A DNA stretch of 64,000 nucleotides from the NCBI RefSeq assembly GCF_001194135.2, contig NC_068988.1, positions 16,688,016 to 16,752,015 of the forward strand, read 5' to 3'. Within the stretch, counting starts at the first letter, position 1. Every line of letters begins with the position of its first letter. The notes beneath the pieces are model-generated. The model ran no database searches and had not been told where the DNA came from. It saw nothing but the letters and a program-made list of their open reading frames with translations. Below are positions 51,331 through 64,000 of the stretch, one piece after another. Both the position numbers and the translations under genes were made by a program. The DNA comes from Octopus bimaculoides (Eukaryota).

Positions 51331-54002
51331 CCGACGATATTAATGTCGTATTTGTTTTCTGCACCGACAGGTTATAATTTCCTAAAGTGATAGATTACCA
51401 AAAGATATGTAAGCTGTTTTTTTTTCTCCACCTTTATTACAACAGTATTCATACAAAAGTTTGCTCTGTGCTAACATCAATCGAAGTCACTATAGACGTA
51501 TAATGTTTAGTATCTGAGTTTTAATAACTTCCATCTTGCTATCAATTTGAAACGCCACCAATGGGCTAGCTTATTATTACTTTAAAAGAAATAATTATGA
51601 CCGAGTTCCTCTAAAACATATATCTCTAAACTTGTATTATTCAAGCAATCATAAAATAGAAAATAAAAGTTAGAGTTACAGTAATATGTAACACACAGAG
51701 ATATACATACGTGACTCTCTCTCTCTTTTCCTACTTCTCTCTTTCTATTTCTCTCCCTGCATATATATATATATATATATATATGCACATGCATTTATAA
51801 ATATTTCATAGATAAAGGCAAATTGAAAGCAAAAGATGCATATAGACAGATATGTTTTTCGTGTACATATGTATATATGTATGTATGTGCATATATATAT
51901 ATATATATAAATATATATATNNNNNNNNNNNNNNNNNNNNNNNNNNNNNNNNNNNNNNNNNNNNNNNNNNNNNNNNNNNNNNNNNNNNNNNNNNNNNNNN
52001 NNNNNNNNNNNNNNNNNNNNNNNNNNNNNNNNNNNNNNNNNNNNNNNNNNNNNTATATATATATATATATGCATGTATATATGTACGTATGTATATTTTC
52101 ATGTGTGAAAATATATGTATGTATACTTCTGGAACGTTATAAGTCTGTCAAGCATTTTAATAAATATTTCGTATAATGTTTCTGATGGAACATCCGTTTT
52201 GTTATGCATAAGTTTTAATGTGTTATCCTTGCTGACAGTAGAATAAATATTTACTGGCCTTTCGTCTACGCATATGTCCATCTTCAGAGAGAGTGTGTTT
52301 CAGGTAATGAATTAGAAAGGAAAGAGTTGAGCATACAAGCCAGCCAGTTCATTTCCGAAATTAATATCATGTTTAACTTTGTTTCTTTGCCAGCCTTTTA
52401 GCACCAATGTGTCATAAACGAGTAAATAAAACTGACATGTATTTCTGTACACGTAGTTCTGTAGTTTTAGGCGTTACAGACCACTTAACTCGAAACGTCT
52501 TCTCCGTCGTCAACAACGAATTTCACTGCCTTCTAATGATTCTGACACTCCCATTTTAAACCTTCTGTGCGGACCTTAATCTATAATATTCTACACAGAT
52601 TAAAATTTTGGCATCATCATCACCGAGCTTAACAGATAAAGTCGATAGACACTGATCCTTTTGATTAAAAAGTAATATATCCAATAGTTACAAATCACAC
52701 TCGTAGCTAAGTACAATTCACTTATAACACATTTTCCTTGCACAATGCACAGAAATATTTGCAGGGATTATAATTGCAGACATTACTCAGGTTGACCTGT
52801 TAGAACGAAGACCTATCAGTTCTTTTAATGGTGCATTGACATTTGCAACTACTCTAAAGACGGATATTTGTGCAAACGAAAGCGATTCAATGTTTCACAT
52901 CATATATTCAATACGTTTCTATATCAAAAGCTAAGCCTTCGATCTCTCTCTCTCTCTCTCTCTNNNNNNNNNNNNNNNNNNNNNNNNNNNNNNNNNNNNN
53001 NNNNNNNNNNNNNNNNNNNNNNNNNNNNNNNNNNNNNNNNNNNNNNNNNNNNNNNNNNNNNNNNNNNNNNNNNNNNNNNNNNNNNNNNNNNNNNNNNNNN
53101 NNNNNNNNNNNNNNNNNNNNNNNNNNNNNNNNNNNNNNNNNNNNNNNNNNNNNNNNNNNNNNNNNGTTAAGGGATAATATGTATCTAATATACTGCTGGT
53201 AGAAAACCCAATTATTAATACACAAGTGTTTTTTTTTTTTAATTGTGTGACAATTACACTACTGAATGTAATAAATGGGTTAGGGTAAAAGTGTTTTTTT
53301 AACCTTAATTTACAGCAATAAGAAAATGGAGGGGATCAAGAGGTGGTATTTATCAAATTTTAGACATTATATTATGTCTATTTATTTATTTTAAGAAGAA
53401 ACAAAAACAAACCATTATAACAATATATATACATGTATAGCATAATATACTTTACTTATACGATATATTAAAATAACAGTAATTATTAAGATATATAACG
53501 TAGATCACAAAAGATAGGATAATATCTTACAGCTGTTTCAGCCAAGCGGCCAAAGTAGCCCAATCTACTTATATCCCTTCAGTGGACTGTAGTATTTGGT
53601 AGATAAGATTTAGGTACTTGGGTGTGCATCTGGGCTTCTTCAGAGAGTTTAGAAAGTTGATAAGGTTAAGTTATAAATACAAATACATACACATATACAC
53701 ACTTATACATATATATACGTACACATAAACATACATAAATACATGTACGTATATTTCTACATTTTATATCCATAAGTATATGTATATGTATATGCATACT
53801 AAGGAATAAAATTATTATTATTATTAGGTATATTATATTACTCTTATTAGATAAATATAAACAGAAGTACGAGAAAGTTATCAAAAGAGAAATAATAGTG
53901 AAATATAAAAACAATATATCTTAAGATTATTATGGTTACGTAGGAATGAATGTCTAAACGTTGATGAATACCACCTCTTGGTCCCCTCCATTTTCTTACT
54001 GT

Positions 54003-54043
<41 letters not shown>

Positions 54044-55924
54044 GTGTGTGAGTTTGAGTGCGTGTGTGTGTGTTTGTTTGTGTGTGTGAAAACTACTGTG
54101 ACAAATTGCCTGAGGATAACACTTCTTTCTCTCATCATAAAGGAAGTTATTATAATATAAATGGCTGTTTCATTCGAACAGTTTTTAATCACAAAATTAT
54201 TCACTTTCGTTTTAAATAACAAAATCAATATTTCAAAAAAGAACCATTGTAAGCTGTTGACTTATATATTAACATCATGTAAGAAATATTTATTAGGATA
54301 CTTGAATGTCCTGAACTGAGGTAACAAAATGTGACAATCCATTTATCTTTTTTCTAAACTGAACACCAAACAATATCTCTTGTGAATATATTCTATCTTT
54401 ACATACTAATAGTCTATCATGATGGCGTAATAAGTATATTACATAATATCTAATTCCAAAATGAAACATGATTAAATGTATTTCATTTCGTGGCTAAAGG
54501 GAATAAGAAACAAGACATTGCTTGAAAATATTATGCGATGTACAGATATTTTAGCAAGAGTAAATTAGAACGTTCATAGTTCTTAAACAACAACAATTGT
54601 TTCTTACGCATTAACAATAACAATGCAAACATCCATATAATGATATCGATTACTTTGGCAAATATACAGGGCAAAAGAAAGTTAAACAAAATATCAGATT
54701 AAAAAAATAATGATAGCAAACAATGTTCTCTAACTCTTCTTGGACATCGGTTCTATATGCTTGACCGATCATATTTCTCAAAAATGCATCGTGACCTTGT
54801 CGAGATGCATTTCACCGTTTTTAGTTTTGTCTTATCAGACAGACAATTTCAAAGATAATGAATGTTTTTTTTTTCTCTGGGCAGTAATAGCAAAGTTTAG
54901 TTTAGTGATACAGTTGTTATGAAACATAATTTATTGCTACTTTTATTAAACAGACAAACACTTTTACCTTTGTTATATAATAGTACAATTTCCCTTCTGT
55001 TCGTTTCTCATCATTCATTATTTCAGGAATATTACTATATCACATTCAATATTAATGTTTAGCAACAGAGTTCTAAAACCATCTATGTTAATGTTTACAC
55101 TAGGAAATGTATAATTAAGTTGCATGAAGAGAAACCTTTTTACGTATTTTAATAACAACGAGAGGGAGAGACAGACAGAAATACAGACAAACAGAGAAAG
55201 AGAGAGAGATAGAAAGAGAAAGAGAGAGTGAATTAGTCTGAGAACGGGAGGGAGAGATAGAGAGAATGAGAGAAACGACTTGAGTTCATTACTGAATTTA
55301 TCGAAGCCGAAAGGATTACGAAGGTGGAATTTGAATTGAACGCAGACAGCAAGAAAGAATATCAAATCTCATTCTATTAGATGGTCTAACGATTCTACCA
55401 ATTCACCGTTATAGATTTTGACACGCAGGGGAAGAAAGTATCAACATATTAGGGACATACAATTCTTCAGTTTCCCATAATGTGCTTGCTGTGCACTTGG
55501 CCTGGTGCAGGCATTGATGTGTGACTTAGAAGCATATAACACCACCACGTGTTTTGGGATTAATTCATGAGTACGTGTCATCGAATATAACCCTGTGATG
55601 ACAGAAACTTGAGCATGGATTTTGTAGCTTTGAATTTTTTTTAGAAATAGATGTTAAAATGTCATTTTCAACTAAAAATCGAAGAGTATGTTTGTCATGG
55701 AATGCGTGAAATCAATTGCTATTAAAGTATACATTACTTACTGATGTATTCAACGCAAACTAAGCCTATTTCTCATATGTTCATTCCATTGATCGTGTAT
55801 CGTGAGCTTATGGAAGTTTTGGAGCATTGCCTCTGATTTTAGAAAGTTGTATTATATTCCCTACTGAATCTATCTATCTATATCTCTATCTGTCTGTCTG
55901 TCTGTCTACATATACTCATTTGCT

Positions 55925-56275
55925 CTTTTACTTGTTTCAGTCATTTGACTGTGGCCATGCTCGAGCACCGCCTTTAGTCGAGCAAATCGACCCCGGGACT
56001 TATTCTTTGTAAGCCTAGTACTTATTCCATCGGTCTCTTTGCTGAACCGCTAGGTTACGGGGACGTAAACGCACCAGTATCGGTTGTCAAGCGATGTTGA
56101 AGACACACACACACACACACACACACAAATATATATACATATATACGACGGGCTTCTTTCAGTTTTTGTCTACCAAATCCACTCACAAGTCTTTGGTCGG
56201 CCTGAGGCTATTGTAGAAGGTGCCGCGCAGTGGGACCGGACCCGGAACCATGTGGTTCGTAAGCAAGCTACTTTA
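55925..56275 (-). mobile_element. SINE family B, near full length with internal (CA)n(TA)n
   Basis: Reverse complement collinear with 40174-40585. Confidence 0.9.
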
Positions 56276-56492
56276 TTTCATTCCATTGGCCATGACGGCC
56301 TTACATAGAAGAAAAAGAAAAAAAAGGAACTGCGGGCTGGACAAAGACATAATGGTATGTGTAATGGAGATGATAATGATGAATAAATGGGCGGAAACAA
56401 GCAACGCCCACCGATCGCTCGATCCCCGGAAACATTGTTCTCTTATGTGTGGCAACAAGCCTCTTACAAATGTTCATACTGTTCATAATGTA

Positions 56493-56867
56493 TCAGTGAG
56501 CCTTTTTTGCTTTTCGTGCATATCCCTCCTGATCACTTGCGTGTCCGGTTTCCGCCAACACCCACGCCCTCTCTAGGCACTCCTCGAGTGGCGTGTCGGC
56601 GTTGCCCGGCACCGCGTAAAACATTTCTCTGATGTAGCTCCTGCGATGCTTCCAACCTTGACCTTCACAGCTATCTGCGGAGGCTATTCGGGATCCCGCA
56701 TGCAGGCCAGGGCTGCTCCCTTCGGATATTTTTCTAACTCCTTTTATATCTCCCCCATTCTCTAGAAGAAGATCAACGTTTCTTCTTCCCGCGGTAAAGA
56801 GATAGACCTTTCCACCGCCGGCGGAACAGTTCTCACCGGCGGTGGTTCAACATTCGTTGGCACCTTT
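56493..56867 (-). pseudogene. GC-rich decayed coding fragment, possibly LINE ORF1/gag-like
   Basis: Frame A VRTVPPAVERSISLPREEETLIFF*RMGEI*KELEKYPKG; frame B is open 56846-56493 and ends ...AWVLAETGHASDQ..., resembling a degenerate zinc knuckle. The assignment is inference. Confidence 0.35.
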
Positions 56868-56889
56868 TTGTCAAGAATATTCAGATTAA

Positions 56890-57225
56890 TAATAACACTG
56901 TGTAACACGATTTTTGCCTTAGGTAGCAACTGCTATTTCCCGTTTGCTTATCCCTAAAAAGTGTGAAAAATGGCAAATATTTTATTCGAAGTTTGCTTTT
57001 GTTACATTTATTCAAACACCAGAGAGTCCTTCTCTACACGTGGCTATAATGCTCTCCAACCGCTCCTACTCACGATCAGAGATGCACATATTGTCAACCC
57101 CTAAGGGACATGCTCAAGTGATGAAGGTAAAGCAACTGAGAAGCAATTCTGTGCTACTGAGCAGCATATTTTCTGTAACTATGTTTCTGCTTCTGTAACT
57201 CATCGTTGAATCTGTTTGAAATGTA
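56890..57225. repeat. Repeat J, inverted copy
   Basis: Reverse complement collinear with 17167-17500. Confidence 0.8.
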
Positions 57226-58431
57226 AAGGAACATAAGTTAGTTTCAAAACGTTGATTTGCAGGACACAAAAGCAAAGTTTGAAGGGAATATTAGTCATAT
57301 CCTTTGAGTTATTGATAGAAACCAATAAGAAATAATACTTACTGACGAAAGACTTCAATAAATAAATAAAAATTATTCTATTACAGAGTGTAAGCAGGAA
57401 ACTAGGGTTATACATCCACACCAACATCTGCTTCATTATCACTCTAACCTTTAAGTATCCGTAATCACCAAAGATGACAATTACATCAGAAAGATGTTTG
57501 AATGCTTTGGTGTCACTAGGTACGAGATATGATATGGAGTTGTAATACTACTCTGAACAATTCACATAAATCTTTGGCCCAGAAAAAGAAAGACAAGAAG
57601 TCACACTAATATGGAAATCATACACATTTAGTACGTAAATCATACAGCTGTAATGTTAGTAAGAAAACATCTGTCAAAATAAAAGCGTAATGCAGAAAAC
57701 AAGAGTAGCATGGCTTGAATGAATAAATGAGATCAATAAAATGGAAGGTCAAGGTTTATTAGGAAATTGCCATTACAATACATTTATGGAACTGCAGGAA
57801 TATGTAAAATTTTCCAGGCTGAACGCCTGGAGAATATAACAATAAACGTGCTGACATAAGTCAAAACATAAAGCTTTACAAAGCTAATGTTATGCAGATA
57901 TACAAACACACACGCATATCAATGTTCATGCATACATACTAGGATGGATGCGTGCATATATGCATAACTACTTACATGCATATGTATATGTGTGTGTGTA
58001 CCTGCCTGCATATATGTATGTATGCAACTCTCTCTCAGTTAGCCAAATATCAATTATGAAAGGAGGTTTGTAAAATAAACATGGCAGTATCACTATACGA
58101 AAAGAAATTTGAGGAAGAATACCAAACAATATGACACGAGGAACGCATTTCATAAATGATCAATGAGTCAATATTTAGGGGTCTGCTTGGTTGTGTTGCG
58201 AAAAACCATGCTCCACAAGTGCGAGAACATCTGATCGATTGCTGCGTTACTCCGCAGAGAAATGTTTTCAAACAAAGCCTCTAGGCTAACGCGATGAACT
58301 TGGAAAAAGGGCTGCGTGCAAGAAGCCTGTCGTGCACACAAACACACACACTTTCTCTCTCTCGCACAAACACTTACACACACATACATATAAATGTATA
58401 GTAAAGAACCTCTTCAGTGGTGAATGTATAT

Positions 58432-58675
58432 AAGATTGAGCCTAGAATGTTCGTCTCTGAGGCAAAAGTCCAGGGAATGTAGTTTATGGAAGACCAGAAG
58501 ACGCCCATGCATATCGGTCTATGCTCTGCCCGCCACCGATGTTATCCAAGAATAAGGAAAATGTCTTGGCACAGGTGACATTGGCACAAGTGACGTTGCA
58601 ACTTATTTCTACAGCTGAGTAAACTAGAGCAATGCCAAATAAACACAACACACAACCGGTCAGGGAATCGAACTC
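58432..58675 (-). mobile_element. SINE family D, lacking A box
   Basis: TTTATGGAAGACCAG, GTTATCCAAG and CTACAGCTG match the reverse complement of 14776-15109; B box GAGTTCGATTCC retained. Confidence 0.78.
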
Positions 58676-58684
58676 GTTTTCTTT

Positions 58685-59061
58685 GTTCTTTTATTTGTTT
58701 CAGTTATTTGACTGCGGTCATGCCGTAGCACCATCCTTAGTCGACCAAACAGACACCAGAACTTACTCTTTGTAAGCCTGGTGCTTATTCTGTGGGGCCC
58801 TTTTCCGAACCGCTAAGTTACGGGGACGTAAACGCACCAGCATCGGTTGTCAAGCGATGGTGGGGGCATAAACACCCACAAACAGAAACACAAACACACA
58901 TGTATACGACGGGCTTCTTTCAGTTTCCGACTACCAATTCTACACACAAAGCAGTGGTCGGTCCGAGGCTATAGGGGGAAGACACTTGGCCAAAGTGGGA
59001 TGCAGTAGGACTCAACCCGCAACCATGTGTTTCGCAAGCAACCACAGCCACTCCTGCGCCT
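58685..59061 (-). mobile_element. SINE family B, full length
   Basis: Ends in CACAGCCACTCCTGCGCCT (reverse complement of the B head); collinear with 40174. Confidence 0.88.
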
Positions 59062-59142
59062 ATGAGCCAAAAAATATACATCTATTTACATATTTGCATA
59101 TTTGAATACATACATACATATACACACGCACACGTATATTTA

Positions 59143-59218
<76 letters not shown>

Positions 59219-60216
59219 NNNNNNNNNNNNNNNNNNNNNNNNNNNNNNNNNNNNNNNNNNNNNNNNNNNNNNNNNNNNNNNNNNNNNNNNNNNNNNNNNN
59301 NNNNNNNNNNNNNNNNNNNNNNNNNNNNNNNNNNNNNNNNNNNNNNNNNNNNNNNNNNNNNNNNNNNNNNNNNNNNNNNNNNNNNNNNNNNNNNNNNNNN
59401 NNNNNNNNNNNNNNNNNNNNNNNNNNNNNNNNNNNNNNNNNNNNNNNNNNNNNNNNNNNNNNNNNNNNNNNNNNNNNNNNNNNNNNNNNNNNNNNNNNNN
59501 NNNNNNNNNNNNNNNNNNNNNNNNNNNNNNNNNNNNNNNNNNNNNNNNNNNNNNNNNNNNNNNNNNNNNNNNNNNNNNNNNNNNNNNNNNNNNNNNNNNN
59601 NNNNNNNNNNNNNNNNNNNNNNNNNNNNNNNNNNNNNNNNNNNNNNNNNNNNNNNNNNNNNNNNNNNNNNNNNNNNNNNNNNNNNNNNNNNNNNNNNNNN
59701 NNNNNNNNNNNNNNNNNNNNNNNNNNNNNNNNNNNNNNNNNNNNNNNNNNNNNNNNNNNNNNNNNNNNNNNNNNNNNNNNNNNNNNNNNNNNNNNNNNNN
59801 NNNNNNNNNNNNNNNNNNNNNNNNNNNNNNNNNNNNNNNNNNNNNNNNNNNNNNNNNNNNNNNNNNNNNNNNNNNNNNNNNNNNNNNNNNNNNNNNNNNN
59901 NNNNNNNNNNNNNNNNNNNNNNNNNNNNNNNNNNNNNNNNNNNNNNNNNNNNNNNNNNNNNNNNNNNNNNNNNNNNNNNNNNNNNNNNNNNNNNNNNNNN
60001 NNNNNNNNNNNNNNNNNNNNNNNNNNNNNNNNNNNNNNNNNNNNNNNNNNNNNNNNNNNNNNNNNNNNNNNNNNNNNNNNNNNNNNNNNNNNNNNNNNNN
60101 NNNNNNNNNNNNNNNNNNNNNNNNNNNNNNNNNNNNNNNNNNNNNNNNNNNNNNNNNNNNNNNNNNNNNNNNNNNNNNNNNNNNNNNNATATATATATAT
60201 ATATATATATATATAT

Positions 60217-60537
60217 ACTCTTTTCTCTTTTCCTTGTTTCAGTACCGCCTTTACTCGAGCAAATCGACCCAGGACTTATTCTTTGGAAGCCTAGTACTTA
60301 TTCTATCGGTCTCTTTTGCCGAGCCGCGAGGTTACGGGGACCTAAACACAGACACATAGACACACACACACACACATATACATATATACGACGGCCTACT
60401 TTCAGTTTCTCTCTGCCAAATCCACTCACAAGGCGTTGGTCGGCCCGAGGCTAGTGTAGAAGACACTTGCCCAAGGTGCCAGCCACGCAGTGGGACTAAA
60501 CCCGGAACCATGTGGTTGGTAAGCAAGCTTCTTACCA
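60217..60537 (-). mobile_element. SINE family B, near full length
   Basis: Collinear with the reverse complement of 40174-40585; head runs into (TA)n and a gap. Confidence 0.88.
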
Positions 60538-60569
60538 TATATATATATATATATATATANNNNNNNNNN

Positions 60570-60623
<54 letters not shown>

Positions 60624-60748
60624 CATGCATATATGTGTACAGTACGGGAAAATAAACGTGAACAAAATGATAGAAAGGAGAAGATAGACACTAAAACATG
60701 GAAAACGAACATTTTTTTCGAACAACGAAACAAGTGGAGAAACGAGAC

Positions 60749-60781
60749 AGGCAGCATAAAGAACATTCCCTTTGTGTGTGT

Positions 60782-60820
<39 letters not shown>

Positions 60821-60857
60821 TGCTTGGTCGTGATTCTCTGCACTTTCTCTCTCTCTG

Positions 60858-60925
<68 letters not shown>

Positions 60926-61019
60926 NNNNNNNNNNNNNNNNNNNNNNNNNNNNNNNNNNNNNNNNNNNNNNNNNNNNNNNNNNNNNAGGCAGCATAAAGA
61001 ACATTCCCTTTGTGTGTGT

Positions 61020-61058
<39 letters not shown>

Positions 61059-61095
61059 TGCTTGGTCGTGATTCTCTGCACTTTCTCTCTCTCTG

Positions 61096-61163
<68 letters not shown>
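60749..61163. other. Identical block of about 175 bp duplicated either side of an N gap (probable assembly artefact)
   Basis: AGGCAGCATAAAGAACATTCCC...(CT)n(AT)n at 60749-60925 and again at 60987-61163. Confidence 0.8.
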
Positions 61164-61974
61164 AACAAATAATAAATGAGTATATGCATATATACGTGCA
61201 GGTGTGTGCATACCTACGTCTACCTGTATATATAGGTGCATATCTGGGTACAGGACATTGCAAACAAAACGTAGACAAGAAATCATAATAACCAGAGTAC
61301 AGAAAACACACAAGCCACATAGAGAACATTTTCCTTCATCAGCTACCCCCGTTTTAACACCGGCGTTTCGAAGAGTTTATATATATACATATATATATAT
61401 ATACATATACATAGAGAGAGTGAGACAGGGGGAGGTTTTCTATGCTGGTATATATTTTGTATTGACAGTAGAGTACCCGAGTGATGATTAAGCTATGAGG
61501 CAACAGAATGACAAATACATTTGTCTTGAAACAGATTTTGTTATACTTGGGGGGCAGTCATATTTGGCCACTTTAACACACACATTATATATTTGGTCCC
61601 CACTTCAGCTTTATTCTTGCTATTTTTGTCTCTTAATCAAAGCTCTTTCTTCACATATCTTGTGACCTCATCAGCGACTCTGCATCCCACACGTGCTTAT
61701 TCCATTTACTGCGTATGTTTAATTGATAAAATTAATTGATGACAAACTAAAGGATTAGTTTATAAATTTATTGAATTTAATAAAAATATATCCGGTTATC
61801 TACTTCGCTGTAATTATATCGACATTTATATCAAGAATGGCATACTATCATAACTATCCGTATTTATTAACTTTTATTTGTTCAACTCACTGGAAAAAAT
61901 TCAAAGATTTTCATCGAACTAATCCACACCAGTACTAATACAGGAAGTGTGGTACTTCATAAACTTTTGATCTG

Positions 61975-62225
61975 CAAAGATACGGGGACCTATGCAAACC
62001 AGCATTGGTTGCCAAGCGCTGGATAGGGAGCAGAGCACTGACATGCACTCGCGTAAACACACATTCATGTACAAGCACATGATACTACACACTCGTGCGC
62101 ACGTACACGCAGACACGTAAACATTTGCAGTGGAAAACACTCACCGAAGGTTCCATGGAGTGGAACTGAACATGAAACTAAGTGGTTGGGAAGCAAATTT
62201 CTAACCATACAGTTACGACTGCGAC
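61975..62225 (-). mobile_element. Decayed SINE family B
   Basis: TACGGGGACC..CCAGCATTGGTTGCCAAGCG and GAAAC..GTGGTTGGGAAGCAAATTTCTAACCATACAG. Confidence 0.6.
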
Positions 62226-62798
62226 TATATATGTATACATAGAGATACACACACACACACACACAAGCGCGCACGCACGCACATACACACACACATATAT
62301 GTATGCATGTATGCACATACAAATATGTGTGCGAGTGTGTTTGTATGTGCATGTGTATGTATATGTTTTATGTATGTTTGTATGGGTGTGCTTGTGTGGG
62401 ATTGTGTAGTGGTGTATGTTTGAATGTTTTCTTCCTCTCTCTCTCTCTCTGTATATATNNNNNNNNNNNNNNNNNNNNNNNNNNNNNNNNNNNNNNNNNN
62501 NNNNNNNNNNNNNNNNNNNNNNNNNNNNNNNNNNNNNNNNNNNNNNNNNNNNNNNNNNNNNNNNNNNNNNNNNNNNNNNNNNNNNNNNNNNNNNNNNNNN
62601 NNNNNNNNNNNNNNNNNNNNNNNNNNNNNNNNNNNNNNNNNNNNNNNNNNNNNNNNNNNNNNNNNNNNNNNNNNNNNNNNNNNNNNNNNNNNNNNNNNNN
62701 NNNNNNNNNNNNNNNNNNNNNNNNNNNNNNNNNNNNNNNNNNNNNNNNNNNNNNNNNNNNNNNNNNNNNNNNNNNNNNNNNNNNNNNNNNNNNNNNNN

Positions 62799-62829
<31 letters not shown>

Positions 62830-63144
62830 CTTCCTACCTCTTTAAATATCTGCCTCTACGCTTCTGCATTTATTGCCTCGTTCTGACGTTAGTACATCAA
62901 CAGTTGAAATTATTAACAAATATGAGTTTATTACGTATCACATTGCCATATGTCTATCGCTGAAGGTCTCTTTGTGTTGTAATATCTTTATGCAATCATA
63001 TGTTTAGTCTAATAAAGGTAGCCATTTTGAAACGAATCATTCTTTACGGTCTCTTCGTTAGTGGTTTATTCACCTTTACTCGGTAGTATTAAATGAGTTT
63101 TATTCAACGAACCAAATTGCCGAATTAACAGAACCGTTTGAAAG

Positions 63145-63243
63145 TTGCGTAGGATGCTAATCGGCATTTGTTTAGCTCCCTGCGCTCTGAGTTCACACTC
63201 GTCGTGTTCAACTTTGAACTGCCATCCGAGTTCGATCAAACTT
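63145..63243 (+). mobile_element. Decayed SINE family F fragment
   Basis: ATGCTAATCGGCATTTG..GCTCTGAGTTCACACTC..TTCAACTTTG..CATCC..TCGATCAAA. Confidence 0.5.
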
Positions 63244-63610
63244 AGAGCCATACAAGGGCGATTGATACGCTGAGTTTGTTAGAGGGTCGGACAGGAAGAT
63301 TTTCCTAAATCCGTTTTGTATGTATATATGTATGTATGTATGTATGTATGTTTTATGTATGTATTCTCATACATATAGTTACATATCTAGACATGCTCAT
63401 CTATTAAATAAATGTCAATGTGTGTGTGTTTGCATGCTGCTGTGTTACTTATAGACTCGAAAACTACTGGACCGATTCTAATGAAATTTTGAGTACATGT
63501 ATGTATATACGTATGTATGTACGAATGTACGAATAGATGTATTGCATGTAGTATTATTTAAGCGTATATGTATGTATGCATGTATGTATCTATATATGTA
63601 TGGATGTACG

Positions 63611-63892
63611 TTTGAATGTGGTGTGTGCCAGAGGGCTTTCAAATCCAATGGGGGTCTTATAAGATATATTTGGATCCACAATGAGCAGAACATACCTGCA
63701 GGTATTGGTAATACAAATCAGAGGTGCAATCTGTGGGTGTTTATTTTCCAAACATTGTCTGGTTTAAAAAGCCACATCAGACGCCATGAAGGGGCTAAGG
63801 TGTAAGTGCAGGAGGTGGTCAAACTCTGCGTAAGGAGTAGACAACCACCATGTATGTATGTATGTATGTATGTATGTATGTATGTATGTATG
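63611..63892 (+). mobile_element. Probable 3' end of an RTE-type LINE: two degenerate C2H2 fingers, stop, stem-loop, (TATG)n tail
   Basis: CGVC-x12-Y-x3-H and CNLW-x12-H-x3-H, each one substitution from C2H2; no TGEKP linker; hairpin GGTGGT..ACTC-TGCGTAAG-GAGT..ACCACC; (TATG)n from 63850. Confidence 0.6.
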
Positions 63893-64000
63893 TCTAATAA
63901 ACCGTCTAATACACCGTTGCTGTCTAGCAAAATCAGTCACCATGTTTATGTACATGCCTGGTTTTATAAGAAGACAAAGATATCATATAATGTATAAGAA

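Noticed and set aside
967-59061. tRNA-like A/B box sequences as tRNA genes
   Set aside because: Each continues into a multi-copy SINE body and lacks a proper cloverleaf end, so they are SINE heads.
60749-61163. Direct repeat of about 175 bp
   Set aside because: Identical copies either side of a gap; most likely an assembly artefact.
61635-61700. Minus-strand CTGATGAG-GTCACA/TGTGA-AGAAA as a hammerhead ribozyme
   Set aside because: Stem II register is off by one, and no stem I/III partner or cleavage triplet was found.
235-63997. Dozens of long ORFs in the track (YIYI, VCVC, HTHT, LSLS, ERER, YLSI, poly-X)
   Set aside because: These are translations of di- or tetranucleotide microsatellites or N gaps, not coding.

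Overview
Eukaryotic, AT-rich window from a gapped draft assembly (about 19 N-gaps, almost all bounded by (TA)n/(CA)n microsatellites). The microsatellite load and SINE sequences point to an octopus/coleoid genome; this is inference from repeat content only. No complete protein-coding gene, rRNA, true tRNA gene or CRISPR array is visible. Most long ORFs in the track are artefacts of microsatellites or Ns. The window holds about 25 copies or fragments of tRNA-derived SINEs from at least five families, here labelled A, B, D, E, F, plus a chimeric G. These families share modules (tRNA head, CORE-like or Deu/Nin-like centre, 3' tail), and two copies have clear target-site duplications. Also present are decayed fragments of a CR1/L2-group LINE, an R4/Dong LINE bracketed by TAA-type repeats, a Penelope-like RT, a mariner transposase end with TIR, and a probable RTE-type 3' end with two C2H2 fingers, a stem-loop and a (TATG)n tail. 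There are two unclassified multi-copy repeats (H, J) and a near-perfect 158-bp hairpin. The best host-exon candidate is 35433-35659 (minus strand); it is unconfirmed. Family letters are my own labels, and repeat boundaries are approximate unless a TSD is given.
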